This document shows positions 1 to 10,003 of a DNA stretch of 64,000 bases, in pieces. Numbering within the stretch: position 1 is the stretch's first letter; each line of letters starts with the position of its first letter. Under the pieces are notes generated by a model that worked only from the letters and a program-made list of their open reading frames with translations, searched no databases and had not been told where the DNA came from. A program made the translations under genes and the position numbers. Source of the stretch: an uncultured Chloroflexia bacterium (GTDB lineage Bacteria; Chloroflexota; Chloroflexia; Thermomicrobiales; UBA6265); the NCBI GenBank assembly GCA_963724295.1, contig CAVRUC010000001.1:159822-223821 (forward strand). The letters are read 5' to 3'.

Positions 1-126
1 GAACGCCGTAGCGCAGGGACGAGGAAGCGGCCAAGCTGACCGGCGGCTCCGGTGACGACCACCCGCTGACCGGCCAGCCGGCGCCCTCTCGACCCCTCGA
101 CTCCTCGACTCCCCGACTCGCGCACG

Positions 127-1213
127 TCAGACGACGTCGACACGCGAATGGTCGCCGAGCAGCAGGCGAATCGCCTGTGGGCGCAACGGGGATCGCTCGA
201 CGATGACTTCGCGGCCGATCAAGGAGTCCGCGATGCGCCGCTCGACACTGCGGATGATGCTGCCCTCCAGCACGATCGAGTGCTCGATCTCGCAGCCTGA
301 CAATTCGCAATTCGGACCAATCGCCGTGAAAGGGCCGATGTACGCGTCGCGCACCGAGGTGCCCGGTCCAATGACCGCGGGACCGCGAACGGTGCTGGCC
401 GTGATCGAAGCTCCCAGTTTCGACGACGACCGGGCCGATGAGCGTCGATTCCGCGTCGACCTCCCCGTCGATCCGGCGCTGCAGCGAACCGAGGATGAGC
501 CGGTTGGCCTCGAGCAAGTCGTCTTTCTTGCCGGTATCGATCCAGTCGTCACCGATGGTCTGGGCGCGGACGTCAAGGCCCGCGTCGATCAGCCCCTGGA
601 TGGCGTCCGTGATCTCGAGCTCGCCTCGCGCGGAAGGAACCAGCGTCGGCGTGATCTCGTGCACCTCGGGTCCGAAGTAGTAGACACCGATCACCGCGAG
701 ATCCGACACGGGCTCTCGAGGTTTCTCGACCAGCCGCAGAACCCGACCGTCCGGATCAAGCACGGCGACGCCAAGCGAAGACGGGTCGTCGACCCGGCGC
801 AGCAGGATCTGCGCCGCACAGGGCTGTTCCCGGAACCGCTCGGTGTAGGAAACGATCCCTCCACCAAGAAAGTTGTCGCCGAGGAACATGCAGAAGGGCG
901 AATCGTCTAGCCAGCTCCGGGCAGTGATGATGGCGTGAGCCAGGCCAAGCGGAGCGGGCTGCGGAATGTAGGTAACAGCAGCGCCGAATGCCGAGCCGTC
1001 GCCGACGGCCTGAATGACTTGGTCGGCAGTGTCGCCGGTGATGATGCCGATATCGGTGACCCCGGCTTCGACAAGCTGCTCCAGGGCGTAGAACAGCACC
1101 GGCTTGTTGGCCACGGGTACCAGCTGCTTCGCGCCGGTGGCCGTCAGCGGACGCAACCGCGACCCCTTTCCTCCGGCGAGCACCAATCCCTTCAACTTGC
1201 AGTTGCGGTCCAC
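127..1213 (-). pseudogene. Sugar-1-phosphate (glucose-1-phosphate) thymidylyl/nucleotidyltransferase, long RmlA-like form with C-terminal left-handed beta-helix. The frame is broken once, either genuinely or by an assembly indel.
   Basis: Manual minus-strand translation from GTG 1213 (or TTG 1195) gives KGLVLAGGKGSRLRPLTATGAKQLVPVANKP...RRIDGEVDAESTLIGPVVVE. At the AAA run (plus-strand TTT 418-420) the protein continues in the frame of track ORF 127..576 as LGASITASTVRGPAVIGPGTSVRDAYIGPFTAIGPNCELSGCEIEHSIVLEG (hexapeptide repeats). The upstream frame has no stop before the window edge, so it is absent from the ORF track. Confidence 0.7.
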
Positions 1214-1233
1214 GTTGCGAGCGGCCCTTTCCC

Positions 1234-2673
1234 ATGTCGACCGAATCGGTGCCAGCCTCGGGCCGACGTGCCAGGGTATGTAGGATAGTCCATCCCCTAC
1301 CGGACCCAAGTTGGGTCCGGGCCCGGTGGTATAGTCCACGCAATTCCCGGCCCGGGCGCTTGCCATATTGGTTGGGCAGGCGTTCCCTGGAGAAAACCGT
1401 GGCAACCCGGCACCGCGTCAACCCACACGCACAGCTCGACGACGCGGTGCGTGAAGGGCCAGGTGACGCGGCGTGGCATGGCCGCTTTCTCGGCGCCTTT
1501 GCGCGGCATCCTATATTCCGTCGTCTCTGGTTTGGTGCACTCGCGGCCTCGGTCGGCCAGTGGATGCAGCAGGTCGCGCTCGGCTGGCTGGCAATCGTCA
1601 TGACGAACTCACCGGGGTTCGTGGGCATCGTCACCTTTTCCGCCGGTCTGCCGTTCCTCGTTGTCGCGCCATTCGGCGGAGCGCTGATCGACCGCATCGA
1701 CCGCCGCAGGCTGATGCTTTCGTGCCAGGTACTGGCCTTTCTCCTGGCGACAGTGCTGGCATTCGACGTCATGAGTGGTCTCGTGCAACCCTGGCACCTG
1801 CCGATTGCGGCGTTCCTCAACGGGTCTCTGCAGGCACTACTGATTCCCACGCAACAATCCCTTGTGCCGGCGCTAGTCCCACGCGAGAGTCTGACCAACG
1901 CCGTCGCTCTGATGAGTGCCGGTCAAAACATGACCCGCGTGGTCGGTCCTTCGGTGGCCGGAATCGTGATTGGCACGATCGGCGTGGGTCCAACGTTCCT
2001 CGCTCAGGCATTGGCCATCGCGGCGTCCTTCATTCTTGTATTGGGGATCGTCCTCCCGCCGCGAGCGCAACGAAGCGCGGGCAGGAAGGGAATCTTCGAC
2101 GGAATTCGGCTCGTCGCCTCGCGCCCGGATCTGCGGTCGTTGTTTCTATTGGCCGCGATCCCAACGTTCTTCGTCTTTCCCTACATTGGGTTCCTTAACG
2201 TTTTCGCTCGCGACGTCCTTCACATCGGAGCGGGGGGGCTGGGACTACTGATGGCGGTTTCCGGCTGCGGCGCGGTCGTGGGGTCGCTTCTGGTGGCTGC
2301 GGCCGCGAGATCCGAGGGAACCGGGCGGCTATTACTGGGCATGACCGTCCTCTACGGACTCCCCATCGTTGGCGTGGCGCTCTCTCGGACCCTGTGGATC
2401 ACCCTGCCCATGCTCTTCATGGCGGGGATGCTCGGGGCGGCGTTCATGAGTGGGAATAATGCTCTCGTTCAGCACCGCGTGACTGATGAAGTCCGTGGCC
2501 GCGTGATGGGCGCCTACATGCTGACGTGGGGATTGATGCCGCTCGGTGCGCTGCCAATGGGGATGATTGCGGACCGCATTGGAATCTCGGTGGCTGTCGC
2601 CAGCGGCGCGGTCATCTCGTCCGTGCTGGTAGGAATCCTCGGCCTGGCATCGTCAGCCGTCCGTGATCTCTGA
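1234..2673 (+). CDS. MFS transporter (MFS_3 / enterobactin-exporter-like)
   Basis: 479-aa ORF with about 12 hydrophobic segments and the typical N-terminal motif HPIFRRLWFGALAASVGQWMQQVALGWL...PFGGALIDRIDRRRLM. The true start is probably internal, e.g. in-frame GTG 1447. Confidence 0.8.
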   Translation: MSTESVPASGRRARVCRIVHPLPDPSWVRARWYSPRNSRPGRLPYWLGRRSLEKTVATRHRVNPHAQLDDAVREGPGDAAWHGRFLGAFARHPIFRRLWFGALAASVGQWMQQVALGWLAIVMTNSPGFVGIVTFSAGLPFLVVAPFGGALIDRIDRRRLMLSCQVLAFLLATVLAFDVMSGLVQPWHLPIAAFLNGSLQALLIPTQQSLVPALVPRESLTNAVALMSAGQNMTRVVGPSVAGIVIGTIGVGPTFLAQALAIAASFILVLGIVLPPRAQRSAGRKGIFDGIRLVASRPDLRSLFLLAAIPTFFVFPYIGFLNVFARDVLHIGAGGLGLLMAVSGCGAVVGSLLVAAAARSEGTGRLLLGMTVLYGLPIVGVALSRTLWITLPMLFMAGMLGAAFMSGNNALVQHRVTDEVRGRVMGAYMLTWGLMPLGALPMGMIADRIGISVAVASGAVISSVLVGILGLASSAVRDL

Positions 2674-3864
2674 AGTGACCAACGGGGTGTCGGGGGTATT
2701 CGTGTCCACCAGTTCGAGCACGATTCGCTCCAGCTCACGCTCAGCTTGAGGCCCAAGCTCGCGTCCGGCCTCGGCAAGCTGCCGGAGGATCGAAGACAGA
2801 TCAGCGACTGGTGGAGCAATGGGACCAAAGCGATCCCGCAGGACGCCGCGATACCAGGACCCCAGCCGCCGCCGGACTTGATTCGCCGACGGCGGGTCAG
2901 CGCCAACCGCCTGGGCGATCCGCGTTGCCAGCGGCCGTAAGTCGCGCCCAGGGATCGGTAAACCGGCGACCTGATCCACCGCGGCTCGCTGGTTGCGAAT
3001 CGTTTGCACGTCGGCGTCCCAGTGTCGGATCAGCTCGATCGCGGACGCGGCGTCACGGGACCGGCGCACCGCTTCGTCGCGTACGGCATCGATGTCGATG
3101 GCGATCACATCGTTATGGAGGAGCAGCGGTTTCGTCGCATCGAGCCAGAATCCGACCGCGGCTCGAGCCAACCGGAAGTAATAGACCCCGGCCATCAGGT
3201 TCTGATCCGGCCGGGCAGGGAGGTCATCGGTGGCGGCAAGCGGCGCGATGAGCTCGGCCCCCTGGACCCCGTCCCAGAATCGATCCGCGGCGGCGGGGAC
3301 CAAGACCACTTCTTCGCGACGAACCGTCGTCCGCACGATGCCCCGCCGGTGTCGCAACATCAGATGCGTCAGAGGGTAGTCCGGGCAGAGAAAGACGCCC
3401 GACTCGATCTGAATCCGGTCACTTACCCCACTCAGAATGCCCGGGACATGGTCCCGCAGCTCGAGCAAGCCTAGGACCACTTCCGGGCTGACCTGCTTGG
3501 AGCGCGCGGTTTCGACCGAGAATTTGGCGTCCGCCGCCTGGATCGCTTGCTGGTCTCCGCGCTGGCCGATCAGCAGCAGATCTGGATTCTGCAGGCCCCG
3601 TTTCGAGGCCGCCGCCGCTATGGCCGGTGTGGCGTCGAGCCGGTCCACCCGGACGATTTGTAGCGGCTCCTGGTCGTCGGCGTGAATGCGGCGTTCGGTA
3701 CCGATCCACGTCGCCACGTGCTCCGCGGCGATGTCGGCCCAGCGGTCGCCGATGAGGTTGCTCGCTCCACCACGGTCGGCAAAACCCATCACCTCGCGGT
3801 CGAACAGCGCCGAGACCAGGTCGCCCCCCGGCAACAGCGGCGAGCGTGTGTTATCGCCCTTCAT
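2653..3864 (-). CDS. Hypothetical protein with a PD-(D/E)xK-like nuclease motif
   Basis: 403-aa ORF with protein-like composition and the motif NPDLLLIGQRGDQQAIQAADAKFSVE (PD...D-A-K). I recognise no other family. Its 3' end overlaps the convergent MFS gene by 21 nt. Confidence 0.55.
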   Translation of the reverse strand: MKGDNTRSPLLPGGDLVSALFDREVMGFADRGGASNLIGDRWADIAAEHVATWIGTERRIHADDQEPLQIVRVDRLDATPAIAAAASKRGLQNPDLLLIGQRGDQQAIQAADAKFSVETARSKQVSPEVVLGLLELRDHVPGILSGVSDRIQIESGVFLCPDYPLTHLMLRHRRGIVRTTVRREEVVLVPAAADRFWDGVQGAELIAPLAATDDLPARPDQNLMAGVYYFRLARAAVGFWLDATKPLLLHNDVIAIDIDAVRDEAVRRSRDAASAIELIRHWDADVQTIRNQRAAVDQVAGLPIPGRDLRPLATRIAQAVGADPPSANQVRRRLGSWYRGVLRDRFGPIAPPVADLSSILRQLAEAGRELGPQAERELERIVLELVDTNTPDTPLVTSEITDG

Positions 3865-4011
3865 CGGCCTCCGCGCGCTGAGCTCGCGATTCCCGCGGTC
3901 TTCGCCATCACTCTCTGGTACCTATCACGTGCAAATGACCCCCCGCACACGGCGGCTGAGAATACCAGCGTCGATGATGCGCCTGCCCTGACCTCAACTG
4001 ACCCGCACCTC

Positions 4012-4190
4012 AACCCCTCTCCCAACGCTTGCCCTCACCCCCAACCCCCTCTCCCGGCTCCGACAGCGAGGGGGCTCTCTGCCCGGCGGGGCGTTCTCCC
4101 TTCTCCCCGCTCCCAGGGGAGAAGGGCCGGGGATGAGGGGTGTCTCGGGCATGAGCGGTTAGCGCTCGGGATGATGAGTGCTCGCGACCC
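4012..4190. repeat. GC-rich palindromic intergenic repeat (REP-like), family A
   Basis: 11-bp perfect stem CCCTTCTCCCC (4098-4108) / GGGGAGAAGGG (4116-4126). The box GGCCGGGGATGAGGGG (4125-4140) pairs with upstream GCCCTCACCCCC and has a near copy, GGCCAGGGGGTGAGGG, at 62896-62911. Confidence 0.7.
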
Positions 4191-4199
4191 AGCCATCGG

Positions 4200-6329
4200 T
4201 TACTTGACCGCACGTCGCCGCACGATGAGTCCCGCTAGCCCTGCCAGGCCAATCAGCGCAAGCACGCGCGCCGCCCAGTCGAGCGGCTGCACCGAGTAGA
4301 CCAGCTCGGCCCGGGAAACCGGTTCGGCGGGTGTGAGCCAGATGTAGCCATCGCTCAGCCGATCGACCTCGACTCGGTCGGCATCGCTCGTCGCATCCCA
4401 ACGTGGGTACCAGTTGACACGAACCGTCACCGGGGTTCCGGGCCTGGCGCTTAGCGCCTCGATTCGTCGATCGCTGAGCTCGAGTGACACCGCGTTCTGC
4501 GCGCCGAACGTCACCGTGGTCACCGGATCGACGATGGAATAGACGTCGTAAACGCCTTCTCGCACCGGTTGCAGGAGTGGCGAACGGGCCGCGGCCTCAC
4601 GCGTGGGTCCGGTCACGGCGACGGCCCCGATGCCATGGCGCGCGAGATAGTCGCGCTCGAGGGTGCGCTGCGGGTCGGGGTAGTGGTGTCCGGCCAGAAA
4701 GTCGTACCCCGGCGTGCCCCCGTGATCGGGGTGCCAGTACCAGAGCCAGTTGTCGTAAAAGAGAGGCCGCGTGGTCCAGAGTGGCGCCCAGAGTTGCTGG
4801 TGCCAAGAGAGCGCCGATCCCAGCACCAACAGAGCGGTACCCGAAGGAGCCACCTCATCAGCCGCGCGGATCGCCTCCTCGAGATCCGCTTGTTCCGGTT
4901 GCGCGGACATTGGCACCGGGTAGAGACTGACCGCCGGAACCACAGGCGACGCCGGATCAAGCAACGGACCGCCGAGGGTCCGGGTCTGAACGAGGAGCAT
5001 CGCCGCGGCGGCCCCCGCCGCCAGCAGCGGCGCCACCCACGGCCGCGAAGGCATGAGTTTGGAGACGACCCAGGCGAGGATGATCCAGAATCCGACAGCC
5101 GCCAGATAGAGCGTCAAGAATCGCTGTAACGGCATGAGCCTGGTCGGCTCCAGCTGAGGCGCCAGACCGGCCGCGGCCGGTACGACCACCAGCGTTGCCG
5201 TGAGCACCAGGTAGAAGAGGAGCGCGGCCGCCGCCGAGGTGGTCGCCTGCCGCTGTCGAGCACGAAGCCCGACGATCAGACCCAGCAGTCCCAGAGCGAG
5301 TACGGGCCAGGTGATGGCGGTCGCGCTCGTCACCGCGTAGTTGATCAGTCCGCTGTACCCGCTGTACTGGACAAAGGTGTACAGATCCCTGAACCGTGCC
5401 AGGGCTATCAGCTCGGGCGCTGCCAGCAGCGCCGCCAACACCGTCACCTGTGCGAGCCGTATTGAGATATCGCCGACGCCAGCAGCTGCGGGTCCCTGGT
5501 TCAACTCCGTGGGTCGGGCGACGCCCGCGTTGCCCCTACGGCCATGAACCGCGACCTCAGGCGGCGACAAATGTCCACCATCCCCTGCCGGACGGAGTGG
5601 TGCGACTGCGTCGTTACGGAAGACCGCGGCGATCCACGCCCCTACTCCAATCGCGATCAGCGCCAGCAGCGATCGGGGGTTGCAGTAGATGGCGATCGCC
5701 GCGAGCGCGGCCGCGGTGACCCCTGACCAGCCCTCACCTGTTCGCAGAAACCGGACAATCGCGGGCATCATGCAGAGTGCGGCCACCGCGCCGGCGACAT
5801 TGGTTACCAGGCCCCACTGCACCAGTTCGGTGTATCCGCCGTGGTACCAGCCGCCGGGGAGTGCGATGTGCAGCACGAAGGCGATGAGAGCGACCGCCGG
5901 GGACCAGCCGTCTTCGCGGGTCATGGCGGCAAATGCCGCGCCCGGCGCCAGAAAGAGCCCGATGATAGCCAGCGTGTGGGCACTCTCGGCAGGCAACTGC
6001 CCTAAAGACAAGCCGCGCACGACGACCTCGAGCCAGGCCTCGCCTAGGGGGTAAAACTCGACGGGGTACCCTCCCTGGTGCTGACCGATCCAGCGCGGCA
6101 CGCTGCCGGACGCCAGCTCTCGCCAGAGGACCTCCGCTCGCGCCACGTGAAAGGGGTGATCGACGCTGGCGAAGGTATTCGGAAGGCGAGCGGTGCCTCC
6201 CGGGGTGACGACGTCTGCCGACAACGCCAGAGCACCCATGCGGACGGCGACGTAGAGGGCCACGAGCCCGAACGCCAACCCCCACATCCAGCGCGTCGTC
6301 GATGCGTCAGGCCGTCGACCGCCGATCAC
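4200..6329 (-). CDS. Large polytopic membrane protein, putative GT-C-type glycosyltransferase (6-pyruvoyl-tetrahydropterin-synthase-related membrane protein type)
   Basis: 709-aa ORF with many TM segments followed by a C-terminal soluble domain and a final TM. Its start overlaps the stop of the upstream small membrane gene (ATGA, 6326-6329). Confidence 0.6.
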   Translation of the reverse strand: MIGGRRPDASTTRWMWGLAFGLVALYVAVRMGALALSADVVTPGGTARLPNTFASVDHPFHVARAEVLWRELASGSVPRWIGQHQGGYPVEFYPLGEAWLEVVVRGLSLGQLPAESAHTLAIIGLFLAPGAAFAAMTREDGWSPAVALIAFVLHIALPGGWYHGGYTELVQWGLVTNVAGAVAALCMMPAIVRFLRTGEGWSGVTAAALAAIAIYCNPRSLLALIAIGVGAWIAAVFRNDAVAPLRPAGDGGHLSPPEVAVHGRRGNAGVARPTELNQGPAAAGVGDISIRLAQVTVLAALLAAPELIALARFRDLYTFVQYSGYSGLINYAVTSATAITWPVLALGLLGLIVGLRARQRQATTSAAAALLFYLVLTATLVVVPAAAGLAPQLEPTRLMPLQRFLTLYLAAVGFWIILAWVVSKLMPSRPWVAPLLAAGAAAAMLLVQTRTLGGPLLDPASPVVPAVSLYPVPMSAQPEQADLEEAIRAADEVAPSGTALLVLGSALSWHQQLWAPLWTTRPLFYDNWLWYWHPDHGGTPGYDFLAGHHYPDPQRTLERDYLARHGIGAVAVTGPTREAAARSPLLQPVREGVYDVYSIVDPVTTVTFGAQNAVSLELSDRRIEALSARPGTPVTVRVNWYPRWDATSDADRVEVDRLSDGYIWLTPAEPVSRAELVYSVQPLDWAARVLALIGLAGLAGLIVRRRAVK

Positions 6330-6721
6330 ATCTCCGCCGATGAGTCAGTCCCAGGCTCCGACGGAACATCGCGGAGACCAAGCGCCAGCCATAAGGCGAC
6401 GGCGGCGATGACCAGGGTCGCGACGGCGGCGGCGGCCACGAGGAAGATCAGCGGCCCGGGTGCCCCCAGATCGGTCAAGAATTCGAGGAATCGCGACCAG
6501 ATCACCCGCACAGGCATCCGCCGGCCGATCCAGTTGCCTGCTCCGATCCGCAACGTGCCGAAGGCGAGGAAGCCGACCATCGCCAGGACCGATCCGGCCC
6601 ATAGAACCATGAGCAAGCGGGGAAGCGCCGGGAACGACCGGGCGGCCGGCTCGGCCGGCGCCTCGGCAGGCAGGGTACGCGTCTCCTCACGCTGGGCGCG
6701 AGCGACCGTGATGTCAGCCAC
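6326..6721 (-). CDS. Small membrane protein (2-3 TM), operon partner of the GT-C genes
   Basis: 131-aa ORF with hydrophobic stretches LLMVLWAGSVLAMVGFLAF and LIFLVAAAAVATLVIAAVALWLAL. It overlaps both neighbours (8 nt and 4 nt), which suggests translational coupling. Confidence 0.6.
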   Translation of the reverse strand: MADITVARAQREETRTLPAEAPAEPAARSFPALPRLLMVLWAGSVLAMVGFLAFGTLRIGAGNWIGRRMPVRVIWSRFLEFLTDLGAPGPLIFLVAAAAVATLVIAAVALWLALGLRDVPSEPGTDSSAEM

Positions 6722-8270
6722 CCCAGGTCCAATTCACGGCAGGCTCGTCGACCGTCACGGTGAACGGCATCACGTAACCGGTCATGATGACGATATTGAG
6801 CAGCACCAGCCCAGCGAACACAACCCCCTGCGCCGCAGGTCGCGCCTGCCCCGGCAGCAGAGTTCGCAGCCCAAGCATCAGCAACAGCGCTCCGGCAGTG
6901 ACGGCTGGAAAGTAGTACCTGGCCTGGGACAACGCGAAAGAGGTCCCGAACTGAACCACAGCCAGGTAGGCAACGACACAGGTCAAGGCGAGCACGATCA
7001 ACCCGTTTCTCTGCCAGGGCTGCGGCCGCATGACCGGGTCATTGTGCGAGCTGGGCGAGCGTCGCCAAACGTTGAACGCATACACGGCGAGTCCCACTAT
7101 ACCCAGGATTGTGGGGATCGCTATCGCCCACAGCAGCCAGGGGCGGAGGTGGATCTGCCGCCACCCAAATTCGCCCCACGTTTCCTTGAACCGATTGAGG
7201 ATGAAGTCCGGGTCGGACAGGAGCTCGAAAAAGGATCCCATCGGACCGTTCCAGTACTGGAGCTCCTGGAGCCGAGCCAGCCCGCTGAAATCCCCGTACG
7301 TCCGGTAGAGGAAGAGGTACCACGGCGCCGAGAGAAGGATGGCCGGGATGCCGACCACGGCACCCCGTGTCAGGAGTCCGCGCCAATCGCGCCAGCCGAC
7401 GCCGAGAACGAGCGCGGCCGCGATGATCGGCGCCACCGTGATCGCCGTAGCCTTGGACAGCAGATCTAGGCCAAATGCGACCCCCAGCGCGGCACAAAGG
7501 CGCAAAGGAAATCGCTCCTTCATGCCAGCGATGAGACCCCAGACAATCAGTGAGGTCAGGGCGATCGCGACGATATCGTTGTTGACCATCGCCGCCTCGT
7601 AAGAGATCTGCGGCTGGAACGCGACCAGCGCCGGCACGGTCACCACCAGAAACGCATCTCCCGGGAAGAGCGACCGCGTCGCGCGGTAGGCGGCGTAGAC
7701 CGTCAGCAAGCCGAACGGGATGGCGGCCAGTCGCAGCAGATATTGCTGCGCAACCGGGGACGCGGCGGTCGAGGCGGCATACAGAGGGACCATCGTCGCG
7801 TAGTAGAGGGGCGGGTGGTTTGCCGCGTACTGGTAGCCCGACGGGAAGTAGCCCATGCCGGGCACCGTGACGATACGGGGCGGGTTGGCGCCCCAGCGCG
7901 GGCTGTCCGGGTCACAATACCAATCCAGGGTGAAGCGACAAAATGGATAGAGCTCCGCCGGGATCTCATCGGTCGGGGGCGGATCTCCGCCGTTCAGACC
8001 CGCACGCCACGTTGTCAGTTCAGGCAGCTGCGGCAGCCGGCCCTCGCTGGCCAACGTCCGTACGTAGCTGAAATGCGCGAGCTCGTCGTGCCCGCTGAAC
8101 GGGTAGTAGGCGGCAACGGAGAAGAGCTGTTTGACCGCGTAGAGAATCAAGAGCACGACGATGAAGCGAGTGGCCTCAGGCCATCGCCCCGCGCTCCGGA
8201 GGCGAGTCAACCGCCATCGCCGCGAGCCCGCCGCCGGAGAAAGTGGCGAGGAGTCCTCCAGGTCACCCAT
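6714..8270 (-). CDS. GT-C glycosyltransferase, family 39 / PMT_2 (ArnT-like)
   Basis: 518-aa polytopic ORF. It has the N-terminal loop motif YYPFSGHDELAHFSYVRTL (DE-type motif of PMT/ArnT enzymes) and about 11 TM segments. Confidence 0.7.
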   Translation of the reverse strand: MGDLEDSSPLSPAAGSRRWRLTRLRSAGRWPEATRFIVVLLILYAVKQLFSVAAYYPFSGHDELAHFSYVRTLASEGRLPQLPELTTWRAGLNGGDPPPTDEIPAELYPFCRFTLDWYCDPDSPRWGANPPRIVTVPGMGYFPSGYQYAANHPPLYYATMVPLYAASTAASPVAQQYLLRLAAIPFGLLTVYAAYRATRSLFPGDAFLVVTVPALVAFQPQISYEAAMVNNDIVAIALTSLIVWGLIAGMKERFPLRLCAALGVAFGLDLLSKATAITVAPIIAAALVLGVGWRDWRGLLTRGAVVGIPAILLSAPWYLFLYRTYGDFSGLARLQELQYWNGPMGSFFELLSDPDFILNRFKETWGEFGWRQIHLRPWLLWAIAIPTILGIVGLAVYAFNVWRRSPSSHNDPVMRPQPWQRNGLIVLALTCVVAYLAVVQFGTSFALSQARYYFPAVTAGALLLMLGLRTLLPGQARPAAQGVVFAGLVLLNIVIMTGYVMPFTVTVDEPAVNWTWGG

Positions 8271-8299
8271 TGGGCCCGTCCGTCTTCAGGCAGTGCGGG

Positions 8300-9823
8300 T
8301 CAGGATCTTCCCGCGGAGACCGGTTCCGCGACTCGCTTGATCTCGTGGTACTCGTCGTCGGCATTGACCTGGTCGAGATCGTGACTCTCGCCAAGGATAT
8401 TCTTCGCGGCCAGCAGACCCGTCTCGATGGAGTGATCCGTATTGTTGTATCGGAACGTGCCGTAGCGGCCGATAATCTGAAGGTTGTCGAGCTCGCCGAT
8501 AAATGATCGAATCCTGGCCAGCGGCTCCTCATAGCCGATGACGTAGGCCGGGTACGCGCGCGGCGCCCGCACGATGAAGCCCCCAATCACCTCGTCGGGG
8601 GTTATGAACTTCAAGTCCTCGACCAGGTGCCGAACGGTCTGGGCGACGAGCTGCTCTTCGCTCATGGACCAGATGTGATCGCCAAAGGAGCAGAAGTATT
8701 CGACCACCAGCGAGGTCAGGTCGTCGCTGGGCACCATGGCCGGGCTCCAATTCTTCGGCTCGTGGAACCGGCCGAAGAGGATGTCTTTGTCATGGACATA
8801 GAGCCAGGTGTCCGGCGTGACCTGGCGCTTCTTCAACATGATGTTGACCGTGATGATGTTCCGGAACGTGAGCGCGTCGGCGGCCGCCAGGATGTCGGCC
8901 GAGGGAGCCGGGTCCATGATCTTTGCCAGAAGCGTCAGTGGAATGGACGAGATGTAGTTGTCCGCTTCAACGCGCTCGCTGCCATTCTCTGTCGAGACCG
9001 TAATGCCGACGACGTGGTTCCCTTCGCGATGGACCTTCTCGACCCCGGTGTTGAGCCGGATCTCGTTGCCGGCCGCGCCGATGGCGTCAGCCATCCTCTC
9101 CGAGAATCGTCCGAACCCGCCGCGCGGGTACATGAACTCGTCGATCAGGCTGACCACCTTCCCCTTCGACGGGACTACCGCGTCCTTGACGGCGGTGACC
9201 AGCGACATGCCTTTCGACCGCTGTGAGACCCAGTCGCCGCTCATCTGGTCGCAGGGGAGACCCCATACCTTTTCCGAGTATCGCTGGAAAAAGAGCCGGT
9301 AGAGCGTCGGACCGAATTGATCGATGTAGGCATCCTCCATCGATTCGACCGGCGATGGGCTGATGCGCTGCTGCACTCTGGTCCGGCCGTAGTCGGCCAT
9401 CGCCCTGGCGGCCACAACCGGGCCAATCGCCTTCAAGGCATTGGAGATCTTGAGTGGGTAATCGACGTACTTGCCGTCAAAGTAGATGCGACTGACACGG
9501 TTCACCCAGAGCAGCTCGTCGGCGACGACCTCGCGGAAGAGCGCGTTGAGCTCGTCGTTCTTGGTGAACCAACGGTGCCCACCGATGTCGAATCGGAACT
9601 CGCCGTACTCGGTCTCGTGGCGAATCGTGCGCGCCAATCCGCCGACAAATGGGGCTCTCTCGAGCACCGTTGTCGGGACACCGGCCTTGGAAAGCACGTA
9701 GGCCGAGCAGAGACCTCCTGGTCCCGCACCCATGACCACCGTCGATCCCGCCTGCTGGGGCGTCGCTCCATTCGACGAAGCGCTATTGGATCCAAATGGG
9801 CGGCCGTTGTGTGGTGCATCCAT
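8300..9823 (-). CDS. NAD(P)/FAD-dependent oxidoreductase (amine-oxidase / UDP-galactopyranose-mutase-like fold)
   Basis: 507-aa ORF with the dinucleotide-binding motif VVMGAGPGGLCSAYVLSKAGVPTTVLE...GGLART and a conserved C-terminal GRYGTFRYNNTDHS. Confidence 0.8.
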   Translation of the reverse strand: MDAPHNGRPFGSNSASSNGATPQQAGSTVVMGAGPGGLCSAYVLSKAGVPTTVLERAPFVGGLARTIRHETEYGEFRFDIGGHRWFTKNDELNALFREVVADELLWVNRVSRIYFDGKYVDYPLKISNALKAIGPVVAARAMADYGRTRVQQRISPSPVESMEDAYIDQFGPTLYRLFFQRYSEKVWGLPCDQMSGDWVSQRSKGMSLVTAVKDAVVPSKGKVVSLIDEFMYPRGGFGRFSERMADAIGAAGNEIRLNTGVEKVHREGNHVVGITVSTENGSERVEADNYISSIPLTLLAKIMDPAPSADILAAADALTFRNIITVNIMLKKRQVTPDTWLYVHDKDILFGRFHEPKNWSPAMVPSDDLTSLVVEYFCSFGDHIWSMSEEQLVAQTVRHLVEDLKFITPDEVIGGFIVRAPRAYPAYVIGYEEPLARIRSFIGELDNLQIIGRYGTFRYNNTDHSIETGLLAAKNILGESHDLDQVNADDEYHEIKRVAEPVSAGRS

Positions 9824-10003
9824 AGTTTCGAAAGACCCTCTGATTCATCCCAGCGAGGCGGCCGAACAGTACCGGCGCGCCGCGAGAGTCGATGCGTCGG
9901 CCGTCGTCAGCGGCCCTGCTCCCAACTCTGGACGTACGCCCGATCGTCGTACCTGATAGGGACAATCGCGCGGTTCGGGCGAGCATTCATGGCCACGTTT
10001 CGA

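Noticed and set aside
203-1898. ORFs 203..910 (+), 756..1898 (-) and 935..1288 (+).
   Set aside because: They are out-of-frame or antisense shadows of the RmlA-like gene and the MFS 5' region. The real nucleotidyltransferase frame is missing from the track only because it has no stop inside the window.
6078-7469. 463-aa plus-strand ORF and similar long antisense ORFs (26744..28051, 31545..33083, 38099..39010, 20743..21588, 58760..59782, 16419..17312).
   Set aside because: Each lies opposite a gene with strong family signatures and has the typical high-GC antisense composition. None has an RBS or motif.
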